Assembly (NCBI GenBank): GCA_964187785.1
Contig: OZ076409.1
Coordinates: forward strand, 99,450,001 to 99,514,000
Length of the DNA: 64,000 bases
Direction of reading: 5' to 3'
Source of the DNA: Amphiscolops sp. MND2022
Lineage: Eukaryota
The notes under the pieces: model-generated
The model's input: the letters and a program-made list of their open reading frames with translations, nothing else
What the model was told of the DNA's origin: nothing
Databases searched by the model: none
Program-made: the position numbers and the translations under genes
Shown: piece by piece, positions 51,424 through 62,985 of the stretch
How positions within the stretch are numbered: position 1 is the first letter of the stretch
How the letters are laid out: each line of letters begins with the position of its first letter

Positions 51424-52934
51424 CTGAACAAACAAGCACCAACATGAAATGAATCTCAGCACACACAATCGGTCAATCTCAAATTCGATTTGTTTGTCAA
51501 CAAGTGCTGAAACTTCTCAGAGTTTTACTAGGTGAACCAAAAAAATGGAACGTCCAAATATTTCGTTCTTCAAGATTGTAATATTTGTAAACAAGGCTCC
51601 GAAAATTGTCCAGTCAATCTTTCAAATCTGAGCTCTTATTGTCATATTCGGTTCATACCGGCTGGACCTCTACCGTATATTCGGATACCAGCAGTCTAGA
51701 AGCTAGGAGTTGTTTACCAACAAACTCTAAATAGACTCCCATACCATACATACATTGATACAATTGTTTTGTTACAGCTCAGTCATATAACATAGATCTA
51801 TCTCTTTTAACAATTCCCTTTTTCTCTTAGCCTAGATCCTTAGAATACAACACTTATTGCGTAATCAAGTCTTCAACAAAAGATGATTTGAACCCTCAGT
51901 GAAATTCTAGAAAATTTGCCAGTCACTTTGTTCGCACTTCTGATGTGTGAAAGTTTTTTGAGTAATGTTGTCAAATTGAATGATTGACAAGCTGAATTTA
52001 AGTGTTCAAAGTTGTTTTGATACATTTTGTTGACAAATATTTGATATTTTCAGAGCACAAAAATTTTGTGCGTTTCGTTTTTTAGTTCACCTTGTATTTG
52101 TCAAAAACGTGAGACTCCTTTTTGGGTTACGTTACGGATAGCTGTAAAAACACTCTTTCAAGACTTCTGAAGATGTTTGAATATTTCTCTGAAAATAAAA
52201 TGCATTCTTTTTTTCGAAAAGTCAAAAAGTCGCGAAAAAAAAATTTTCAACATTTGAAAATTAATAAAGTTTTTAGATGAAACTGAGGGCTAATATAGTG
52301 AATCATGAAAATTGCCATAACTATTACGTGTACAAAAAGTTGACGTAAACTGCAAAATTGGTCGAAAAGTGACAAGTGTTCTTGATAACTCGAAAGAGAT
52401 CCGATTGCAAAACTAATCTCTGAACTTTACTGATATTTTATTTCAAAGACCATATGCGACGTACGACTTCGATTTGCTGAATTTTATGTTTTTGAACAAA
52501 TCCTTACTGAAATTACATCGACGCGTACTGTTGCCGGCTAGTGTATTCATCCTGTTTTTTTTGGAAATTGTGTTGAAATTTTTTGCATTTTCCTATAAAA
52601 CTTTACAACAAACAGTCGAGCTTGTTTGAACTTTTTACATGCTGCATGGAAAGATGCAGACTATTTTTCCTAAAAAACATGGAAAATTCAGGGAGCATCC
52701 ATGGAAACATTTTTTAAGATTACAATGCAGTATTCACTATTTGAATTAAAACTGACAACATTTCCACTTCTTCACCGCAGCGATCACTTAGTTTTCACGC
52801 GTATGTTTCTCAAGTAAGTACCTTATGTAATCACAGTTAGTCAAATAGCACGCTGAATTTGACGTTACTTTGAAACCTATAATGTGACTCAAGTTTATTT
52901 GCATTGAAATCCCCGTAAAATTGATGAGGGCTCA

Positions 52935-53689
52935 CCCTAGTTGAAACTGCAGGAACTTTTTACATGCTGCAGGCCTGCATACAGGTAATTTTTTATGAAA
53001 CCTAAAAATTTCACTGAGCTTCGGGTAGTAAATCATGTACAATTACACTGCATTTTTCACTACTGCAATTAACCCTAATTAGCATCGCGGTACGTATTTG
53101 CACAACTTAAGATCTGCTAACTTCTTTCCTGTTTTCTTGTGTGGTCACTTTCCCCATCCCAGCAGTTTAAATACTTTTGAACGCGCGTCAAAATCGTTTG
53201 TCGGACTTGAATAGTATTGGAGATATTGCGGTTTAAATTTTAAGCACCAGGTTTTTGGATGCATTCAGAAAATTTCACCTCCATTTCGGGTTAAATTTGA
53301 AAACAAATTCCAATACATTACCGACATGATCACTTTGTATTTACATTTGATTCTCAACTACTCATCTGATATGATCATCGCTTCTCAAAGAGCACGCTAA
53401 ACAAGACACTAATTTGCAGTTTATTACGCGACTGTTATTTTGCATCTAAATTATCGGTAAAACTGATAGCAATTTATTTTGTTTTAAAATTATAGCTGCG
53501 GTTTTATGAAACCTGCAAAGGCTTAAAATTGCCGCCAGGAATTTGATGAAATTTTCAAGCAGGTCAATAAAAGTTAAATACAACAGCGAATTATTTTCGC
53601 ATGAAAATTTCCGTAAGAGTTTTAGAAATCATAAAAGTTGCTGGAAACATTAAAGTACATGCAAAAAGTTCAAGCAGTTTCAACAAGGG
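52935..53689 (+). mobile_element. Second copy of the 11885 MITE family, nested in an older relative (about 52615-53882)
   Basis: Same termini, TSD CA, colinear with 11885-12433 except for an insertion at 53073-53290. A further partial inverted copy lies at about 63490-63690. Confidence 0.82.
53073..53290 (+). mobile_element. piggyBac-type MITE
   Basis: TTAA|CCC..GGG|TTAA; the paralogous host copy (about 12020) has a single TTAA, the empty site. Confidence 0.85.
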
Positions 53690-55515
53690 CAGCTACTTAA
53701 TGAAAGCTGCAAAACTTCGCGGCACGGAATGGCTGCCAAATTTAAGATGCAATTTATAGGCAGCTCGACAAAATTAAATTGAATCAGTGAAATTGTATTG
53801 CATGGATGGTCCTTGAGAATTTTATGAAATCATGAAAAATTAGCTTGGTAACATACGAAAATTCGAGCAGTTTCAATCAGGGACATCCACGCTGACGCTT
53901 ACTTTTGCGAGACAGTGTATATATTACAAAGAAAAGTTTGTTGCTTTGGATGATTAATAGAAAAAAAGCAATAGTTTTCTGTTTCTATATTATTAAGCAA
54001 AGGTATCAAAAATATGACAAAACGTCCATTCTTTCGATAATAAGTACCTGAAATGACGAGATATGAGCACTAGTGCTATTCTAAACCTCTATCCGAGACC
54101 CAATACTGGCACATGAATTTTCTGAACCAAGTATTTTCTTTTGATTGTCCTCGAATTGAAAAATGGTTTGAGTTTTTTTCCAAAATACACTTGAACAAGA
54201 CAGGAATGTCTAAAGTCGGCGCTATATATAAAATTCAAATAGCGCAAATTTTTTAAAACTGTAAAAATGGACACTTTGGGCTTTTTCAAAATCCATTCAG
54301 CTGCAAAATATCAAAAAAATGAAGGGGGATCCTCTGGAGACAATAAAAATTTTTCAAAATGGTTTTGTATTCCATGTTAGAGACTTCGATGCGTTCAAAA
54401 TCAAGTACCAAGTACTTTTGGTAAAAGTGCACAGTGCACAAAAAGTGGTACATACAAGATGAGGTCTGGGGTCTTACGAAAACAAACTAGCCACTGTAAT
54501 AGCGGGGCACTTTTTGCTAGAAAAGCGACGACTAATAAGGAGCTCATTATGTGTGACGTATTTGCGAGCCAATTGTTTTGAAATTAGTTTTTACAGCTGT
54601 CCTTTAAGCAAGTTGTCCATAGCAAATTATAGAATTGACAAAAAATTCGTAGAACAACAAGAGGCGTTTCCGTGGACATGAAAGTCGCACTCGGTTCATA
54701 CTCAATAAGATCTTTAAATCTCAGACAACTGTTCAAATGTATTCCTAGAACTTTGCAAGGTGGTTGCTACAGTAATTGACTTTCAGAAAAATTTATATAC
54801 CTTTCGGTTTTGTACCAAGTTCGGGAAAACGTTTTTCTGCAATGGTATCATCTGAATTATGAATTGATATTACATATTTTATGCAGCAACCTTTCCAGGA
54901 ATAGTGGAAAAATGGAAAATGTATTAAAATTCTAACCCATTTTTTCCGCAAGCAACAGTTTCTCAAATAGAATGATATCAATCACTATTTTTTTTATAGG
55001 GTATCAAATGCTGTTCCTGTTTTTTTGCTGTTTTCCATGAGTGGATGTTATCTACAAAGAAAAAAAGTACGAAACAACATGTATAATTCAGGTCCACATG
55101 AGTAAGTTCAAAGATTTTTTGTGAAAGCATTCTCGTTGTATGAAATCAACCTTTAAGGAAAGACATCCAAAACGAAAGGTCAAGGAAAGAAGTACGTTTC
55201 GCGGCAAAGAGTACCAGTAATATCAGATTAAAGCGAGCTACCTCTTTGAGTAGCTTCGGGATTGCAATTAAAGTTAAAACGTGTGGTTGCTCGATTGAAT
55301 TCGGAATTCATAAAAATTTAAACCCTTAGTGGAGTTAAAGAAAAACCATAGTCATTCGGAAGTAGTCTAACAAGTCTAATAAGCAGACTACTCAAAAAGC
55401 AGAAAATTTAATCAAAACGTTAATTTTTTGACCAATCAAAAAATAGAATCACAAATCAATGAAATGAGTGCTGTTACAGCCAATATGTATGGAACTTGAT
55501 TTATTCGAAGAGGTC

Positions 55516-56074
55516 AGCATATTTGTTGTATGGCTCGGTCGCTTCGCTCCCTTCGCCAAGTAGCAACATTGAGGCATGGCCACATGGCACGTCGCTCCTG
55601 CATTCAGGACACTAGGAGTATGTGAACATAGCTGACTACGTTATAATAATAGTTTTATTGACCGCTACTCTGACGCACTTATTTAGTCCTAATCTGAAAT
55701 TGCAACCAATAGGAATCGAGTCTATTCATTAGCACGAATAACACTTTCATGCTATTTGACTGGTCGGCGTGTTAGACTCACTCCTAGTCGCCTAATTTGT
55801 TCTCAGCCACTCCTTAGTTAATAACGGTTAAAAATACGTATCACTGTATAATTCTCTGCAATCTGATTGGCTGAAGCGGGCGGACCGGAACGAAGTCCGT
55901 TCAAAGATATTTTAAAATGAATTTTTCAATTTCCCCTAGTCAGCTATGCTCACATACCCCTAGTGCCCTAAATGCAGGAGCGAAGAGAAGCGGAGCGACG
56001 TGCCATATGGCCATGCCTCAATGTGGCTACTTGGCGAAGTGAGGGAAGCGACCGAGCCATACAACAAATATGCT
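55516..56074. repeat. Inverted pair of a ~130-bp dispersed repeat (single copies also at about 14369-14500 and 25440-25577)
   Basis: AGCATATTTGTTGTATGGCTCGGTCGCTTC...GAACATAGCTGACTA at 55516-55638 and its reverse complement at about 55937-56074. Confidence 0.8.
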
Positions 56075-57304
56075 AAACATTTTTCGGCTTAGTGAATACT
56101 TTCATTTTTTTGGCTTAGTGAATACTTTTGTTTTTTTCGGCTTAGTGAATATTCTGCTTGGTGACACCCCACCGTTAATAACTTAACTCTTTTGTTATAG
56201 CAGTACCCACTTTGCAATGTGATTTTTGATTCTTTCGAGAGAAGTTACCAATAATTCTCAACAAAAGCTGCCAAAATTGATGATTACTACCTTGTTTCCA
56301 GTTTGGTGATTGTATTGGCACTTAGTTGAGGAATATCCAGTAATTTCATCAGGGTACGCGTTAATTGACTACATTATCTCATTTCTTTTTATGACTCCAG
56401 GCTGACCATACTATGGGCCATAAAGATTTATGGTCAGCCTGGAACCATAAACCTTTATGGTCCAGAGTATGATCAACCTGTATGAAAGAGAAACCAGGGT
56501 TGTTTTTGTTTGAATGTCTCTTTTCTGCAAAATAAAACATGAGGTTAAGAACCTCTGTTTTTTAAATCTCCAAATGTGGAGGTTTTCCCGGTGAAGTTCA
56601 AAACTGAATCGCTGGCCAGTTTTTCTCGTAAGTTTACTTTAGTCCATTTGATTATTCAGTTTCAGTTTAGTTCATGTTTTATTGACTCAATTGGTTTTTG
56701 ATGCGTGCAATTAGATTATATAACATGGACCATTAGTTTGATGAAACAATAAAAGTTTCAACTGACAAATGCGCTTTTATTGCTCAAAAACTTATTCAAG
56801 TTTTACATCTTTACATACGTTGGCTACACGTTTGAGCTACGTTTGAGAATACAATGCAGTAAAAACACACTGTACAATGTAAGCCTGAGAACGAACGTAA
56901 TTAAATTATAATGAAATTCTCAATATCGAAACACGCTTGAAGCCAAATTGCTTGGTCGAAGAAATTAGATTGTCTATAAAAAGATTTTGCAGCCAAATTT
57001 GGAAGACTTGTCAATGAAATAGTTTGTCTCTTTCAGTCGTGCTTAATTCACAGCAGCCACAATTATGCTTAATTTGATATCTTTATTGAGCCAAGTGCCC
57101 TTAGGGGGTTTCAATTGATGGAGACAGCAGACCATAATCGCAGCTTTGTACCAGTGGATCTACTTTATGAATCGTCTGGTTACCAAAAAAACATGCATTA
57201 GTTCATCACATTGTGCCAACTTAGTTTGGTGGATTTATCAAGCTAAATGAAAATAGAGAGACTTTCTTTTTGAATGCAAAACATCCGATGTTTTGGGTCA
57301 AGTT

Positions 57305-57814
57305 TAGGCATGTGCAAAATACTATTGCCATAAAATTTTCATTAAAAATAAATAATAGTGTATGGTCCAACCTGTGCAATAAATGATGGCCCTAAACCTC
57401 TTTCAAAAAATAAATAATGGAAATTATTGCAATTATTTTTTTTTACCATTATCGGAATTACAAAGCATGTGATGTTGTTAACGGTATTTACAAACCCAAA
57501 AAATGTGTGTCTCTATAGCGCACCGGTTCACCGTGATAACTTGATTTGTTTAACCAATCAGATTTCAATCAGCAGATCAACGTTTGTGAGAAATCCAAAC
57601 CGCCAGATAACGTTTTTCCAGACAACGTTTCTGAGAAATAGGCCAGAGAGCCCATTTCCATAATTCTGAAATAATGGGAAAATATAAGGAACTCAGAAAA
57701 TAAATTATGGCCCTGAAAAATTCTGTAAAATAAATAATGGATATGGTTTCGTTATCAGCAATAAATAAGTTATGGTCCTTAATTTTTCTCTACATGATAT
57801 TTTGCGCATGCCTG
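57305..57814. mobile_element. hAT-type MITE
   Basis: TIR (T/C)AGGCATG(T/C)GCAAAATAT; 8-bp TSD GTCAAGTT. Confidence 0.85.
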
Positions 57815-57869
57815 GTCAAGTTTAGGTCAGACCAGGACGAGAAATCGGGAACTTGTATTCAGTGATCAG

Positions 57870-58302
57870 CTGGGGTGTGGAACCGTACGGGTTGAATTAA
57901 AATTACGGTTTACTGGTTATTGTCTACGGTTTACGGTTTCAGGGTACGGTTTGAAAAACACCTTTGCTTCAGAAGTATTTAAATTTCTTCATCAAAAATC
58001 TTTGTTATGGTGTTATCAAAGCACTCATGTTTCTTGCCCCAAAATGGCATTTGAGGGAACGCCCTCTGCAAATTATAGCGTAAAAATAAAATATTTTGAA
58101 CGAATTCATCTTTTAAAGATGTTGTTATTTGAGAATGAACAATTGAATTCGCTCCAAAATTTTCAAAGAAACACTGCTGTTAAATGTATAAAACAATTCG
58201 CTCGTATTTCTTGTACGGTTCGCTTTTTTCACAACTACGGTTTACGGGTTACGGTTTGGCACTACGGGTTTCGGTCCACGGTCTAAAAATCCCACACCCC
58301 AG
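57870..58302 (-). mobile_element. Second copy of the 938-1432 hAT family, inverted and more deleted
   Basis: Same CTGGGGTGTGG termini; 8-bp TSD GTGATCAG; shared internal sequence. Confidence 0.92.
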
Positions 58303-59231
58303 GTGATCAGTGATTTTTAGTCGCGCTTTTAGCTACAAAAAGTTCCAAACTCTCTCAGATTTTTGTCAATTCTCACACTGAATGGTCTTTTTTGTTCATT
58401 CAATTTGTCAAACTTTGTTGATATTGCAGTGAAGCAAGTCTAAAATGTATGAAGTGTCGGCGTATGCTTGTTCACGGAGGAAAACACTTTAAAACATTTT
58501 CTCACACTAAAAAAGAAAAAGCATGGTACAAAAATAGACAGTCTACAAAAGGAGGTTGAACAAAAAGTTCGCAAGCAATGTTCTGAAGTTTTCTTTTTGA
58601 TTTTCAATTTTTAGGATACTCAGAAGCCTAATATAAAAAACCTCATACTCATTCCTCAAAATGCAAAAAGTCTGAAAATTTTCATTTACGACAATTTTGT
58701 TGCAGACTTTGCATATTTTTCAAATTTTTTGCTATTTAAAATATCCAGCGAACTGAACGACAAAAAAAAACAAATGAATATGAATAATCACCCATAACTT
58801 GCTTATATCAATTCCGAAATTGATATTGATGACCTTATTTTTCCCTAATGACACAAAGCATCCTTTTTCGAATGTTTCATAATTTTGTTTTGACGTTCTT
58901 GGCATGTTTTAATGAAAATTTAGGCTACTAAACATATCTTTTTCAAAACAAGGCGTGAAACGAATTGGAAGGTGTTGAAGTTTTCACGTTGCAGCCTTGA
59001 GAAAATATAACGGGAGGAAAATATCTTGTTGTACTTTTCTTGACCAAGAGTTTGAACGAAAACCGATGATTCAATTTCTGACAACATTTTCAAAACTACC
59101 TGCTAATCACAAGCCAAACATGAAATGCGCATTTGCAGACTACTTAACACATAATGCCCTGACTTGGCAAAAATTTTGGAATGATTTTGAGTCACCCAAT
59201 TTGGTTCATAAAAAGTTTTTTTTTCACTATG

Positions 59232-59475
59232 GGGATGCGGCTTCTGTTCGAGATGCGGCTTCTATTCGAGATGCGGCTTCTATTCGAGATGCGGCTTCTA
59301 TTCGAGATGCCGCTTCTATTCGAGATGCGGCTTCTATTCGAGAAGCGGCTTCCATCCGAGATGCGGCTTGGCTTATATTCGAGATTCGGCTTCTATTTGA
59401 GATGCGGCTTATATTCGAGATGCGGCTTATATTCGAGATGCGGCTTCTATTTGAGATGCGGCTTCTATTCGCGAT
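59232..59475. repeat. 18-bp minisatellite (GAGATGCGGCTTCTATTC), about 13 units
   Basis: Direct tandem units with no unique spacers; explains the repetitive RDAASI and EMRLLF ORFs. Confidence 0.92.
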
Positions 59476-59618
59476 GCATGGCTGCAGAAAGCGAGCTGAC
59501 ACCATGCTTGCAAGCTGCACTTCAGTTTCTAACTTCGTGTGAAGTATAATTAAATGAGTTTTCATTTAAAAATAATGATAAATGTTTCTACAATTTTTAT
59601 ATTCATCTTTCAACTCAC

Positions 59619-59727
59619 TTGTAAGAGGCGCCACCTCTTCCTCGCCTGACCCAGAGCTGTGACTCACCAGGTCATCCTGCTCGTCCACGTCATCTGACCC
59701 GAACTGACCCCGGGTTAAGTAGAACAC
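59619..59727 (-). CDS. SDC: Syndecan-like gene, first visible coding exon (end of signal peptide plus heparan-sulfate attachment region)
   Basis: Acceptor ttccacAG and donor GTGAGT. Encodes VFYLTRGQFGSDDVDEQDDLVSHSSGSGEEEVAPLT, a Ser-Gly-Ser-Gly flanked by acidic residues. 109 nt, phase 0 to 1, in frame with the next exon. Confidence 0.85.
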
Positions 59728-60240
59728 CTGTGGAAACAATCAACAGAACAATTATTACGCAATACCTCTGAACAATGACATAACGTCGGTACATGTACCG
59801 TACCGGAATACACAAAATTTCTTGTACTCTTACACCAACTACCGATTCACTCGATTCACCCAAAATATACGATATAAACGAGGAAATGAAGCAATTTCCC
59901 TGGCTTCCGAAATGAGAATAATATTTATTCGGCGTTCGCTCGGACACAAAAATGGCAAGAAAAAGGATGAAATGATTCTGACAGTCTGGCGAGAAAAGGA
60001 ACTGGAACAAGGGATCAAACATCAGAAATCTCGTCAATTCCGGCGTTCTGGGTCAGTGGAAAAGATGTTCTCTTTTCATAATCTGAGATGTGCTGACAAG
60101 CGAAACAGATTTGTACTTATCAAATTGGAAAAGATTGTTTTAAAATACGTTTTCTAAATGAATTTTCAAAAACTCGATTTTTACAGTCGATACACGGTAC
60201 AGTACACGACGATACTGATGCTTTATAGGAACATATACGA

Positions 60241-60772
60241 ACAAGCCGGGAACGACCCAAGTCGGCGCCATATCTAAGGCTCAAAAAGACTCGAAAACGA
60301 AAACCACGTTTTCTACAACTGGAGACAACAAAAGCTCTCAAAGAACTAAAAATTGAGAAAAAAAATTCCAAATTTTTTTTCGAATTTTTTTGAAGTTTCC
60401 GGTAAGTCGCATAGTGCCGAAAAATGTAAAAGGGGGGACGCTTTGGGATTTTTTGAACATCCATTCTGTTGCAAAATATCAAAAATTGATGGGAGGAACA
60501 ATAAAAAAAATTCGGAAAAAAATCAGTCTCACAGTGCCGAAAAAAGGAGGAAAGTCTCATAGTGTCGAAAAAAGTGGACCTTTCTGCTTTGGAATGGCTT
60601 TTTATCTCATGTTAGAGGCTTTGGATGCGTTGAAAATGAAGTACTAAGTACATATGGTAAAAGTTGGTAAATGTGCATTAATGCACAAAAAGTGGACGTT
60701 TCGCGTTGAACTGACGAAAAAAAACTAGCCACTGTAAGAGTCGGGATTTTCTTCGAAAACGCCGACTAAAAA
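60241..60772 (-). mobile_element. Helentron/DINE-1-like element (further copies at about 22427-22932, 39019-39330, 39873-40137, 47087-48518, 54194-54535)
   Basis: Same paired termini and the shared core CATAGTGCCGAAAAA..AAGGGGGGACCCTTT. Confidence 0.75.
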
Positions 60773-61279
60773 CGCGATACACGATTTTCAGTACACGTGT
60801 CAATTCATTGCGCCTGAATATGATACCAAATATGGTCAGAGAGGGCTCCTACTTAAAACCGTGGAACCACCGATTCAAATATGATTTCACATATATGAAG
60901 TTTATATATGACCCAAATACGACAAGAAAATGTACTATATCTATTCGAAAATTGGTTTGCTTGAAAAAGTTTAAGAAAATGAAGAAAAGATCCAGAATTC
61001 AACAATAATGAAGCCGTAGAAAAATCCTTGCTACTTAACAAACAAACTTGTCACAGTCTCGATAAGGCTGCCATGCTCATAAAAGTTGTACTAAAAGACT
61101 GTCTGACCTATCGGTAAGAATCGCTGAATTTCTTGAGTTGACACTTTAACTTTTACATTTTACACTTTTAAAAAATGCTATCTTGATAAATGAACAAGCA
61201 AAAACAATTATATTTCTATCCAATCAATATTTTCAAGATGTAGCATTTGATGAATTCGCGTTTCGTGATCATTGTATAA

Positions 61280-62985
61280 ACAAACTAAAATTGTATGAAA
61301 AAGCCCTACACGAATTTTTTCCCTTTATAAATTCTAATGAGCAACTTTTAACTGGCAGTCAATGTAAAAGATACCCCCTACGGCCGCTTGGGGGGAAATA
61401 AGATACAAGGTGTTTTGTTGTCTTCTTTTTGCTCGAAAAAGTCTTTTCCATAGTTTTCTGAAGTTTCTGCAAAACTATAGATTGCCTTGTAGTCCACATG
61501 GAAAAATTTTTCTCCAGTAAAAAATGTTTTTTTGAACTTAATTCGTTCAAGTTCTACAAAAAAACTAATTGAAAAAAAGCGTTGTAAATTCATAAGGAGT
61601 GTGTTTTCAGAAAAAAGTGGCCAAGTCAAAAATTAGATATGTGAATTAAAGATTCAAAATTGGTTTCATACATTCTTTGTTAGAAACAGCGGTTTTCGAA
61701 ACATTGCATGACAAATTTCAGAACATGCGAATGGTCAAAATTAAGTGTTATAACTTATGTAAATTGTTTGATTCCAAAACAAAAAATTTTCCTGTAATTA
61801 TGGTCAAAGTTTCTGAAAATTTTGCAACTGGGACGTTTGTGACCATTGAATATGTGGAAGTTTATTGCGATTTGAAAGTTTATGTCAGGGAAAACGTGTG
61901 TCTTCACCTTTTTGGTACCCGAGTGTATTTTTAGGACCCGAACAATAACACTTCGTTACCAAACTTGCACAAAAATTCAAAACTTTTGTTTTTTTTCGGA
62001 GATTTTCGTTCATTTTTGGCATTTTCTACTTAAGAACTCCTGATTTTTTCTAGGATATATGCCAGGTAATCTATTGTTCTGTTCTTGAACTCTGCCAATA
62101 TTCATAGCCACAAGCATTGAATTGTGTAGCAGGACTGTATGATGTGACTGAAAAACTAAAAATTGAACAAAATTAGGAAGAAATGGCGTGTTTTGGGACA
62201 GGGGGCGTTTTAGTCCGCTTTTTGATGAGCTGGCTAATTGTTCCTTTTATAAACTCTGTAGATCTATTCAACTGAAATTATTTGTTCCAGACTGTTAAAA
62301 GACTGTTACGGGGGTTTGATTGAACTGCTAATTTGCACAGGTGCTTTTATGTTGATAAAAAATCTGTAATAGGGATCTCTGATTAATGGCATAGGTGAAA
62401 AAGTTTAAGATTCGAATACAAAAAGTGTTCATCTTTGAAAAAATTTTGCCTAATGCAACTACTAGGGTATGAGTGTGTCTAATTCTGGTTTAGGGCCGAT
62501 TTTTGGTAATTCGTATTCTGTCCATTTCATCTGTTATTAGAATCAAAATCAGTCTACATTTCTACAAATGTTGCTGTAATTATATGTGTTCAAAAATTAA
62601 AAATCCTTTTTCAATTAGTATTTTTGTAGAACTAGAAGAATTAAGTTCAAAAAACATTTTTCACTTTTTCCATGTGGACTACAAGACAATATATAGTTTT
62701 GCAGAAACTTCAGAAAGCTATGGAAAAAACTTTTTTGAGCAGAAAGAAGACAACAAAACACTATGTGCCTTATTTTCCCCCAAGCGGCCGTAGGGGCGGG
62801 ATAACACGAGGTTCCAATACCATCATGTTGACAATGATGTCGTTTGCATTGAAATTTTTGTCCCAGGAAAATAATTGATGTGGACATAATCTTTTCTTTT
62901 ACATTGACTGCCAGTTAAAAGTTGCTCATGAGAATTTATAAAGGGAAAATTCGTGTAGGGCTTTTTGTACAATTTTAGCTTGTTC
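61280..62985. repeat. Long imperfect inverted repeat: arms about 61280-61580 and 62605-62985, spacer about 1 kb
   Basis: CGGCCGCTTGGGGG..GTCCACATGGAAAA recurs as its reverse complement; the ORF track shows near-identical peptides on opposite strands (HVDYK.IYSFAETSE.YGK). Confidence 0.8.

Noticed and set aside
58997..59565. ORFs of 112-181 aa with repeated RDAASI/EMRLLF
   Set aside because: Open only because the 18-bp minisatellite unit is a stop-free multiple of three.
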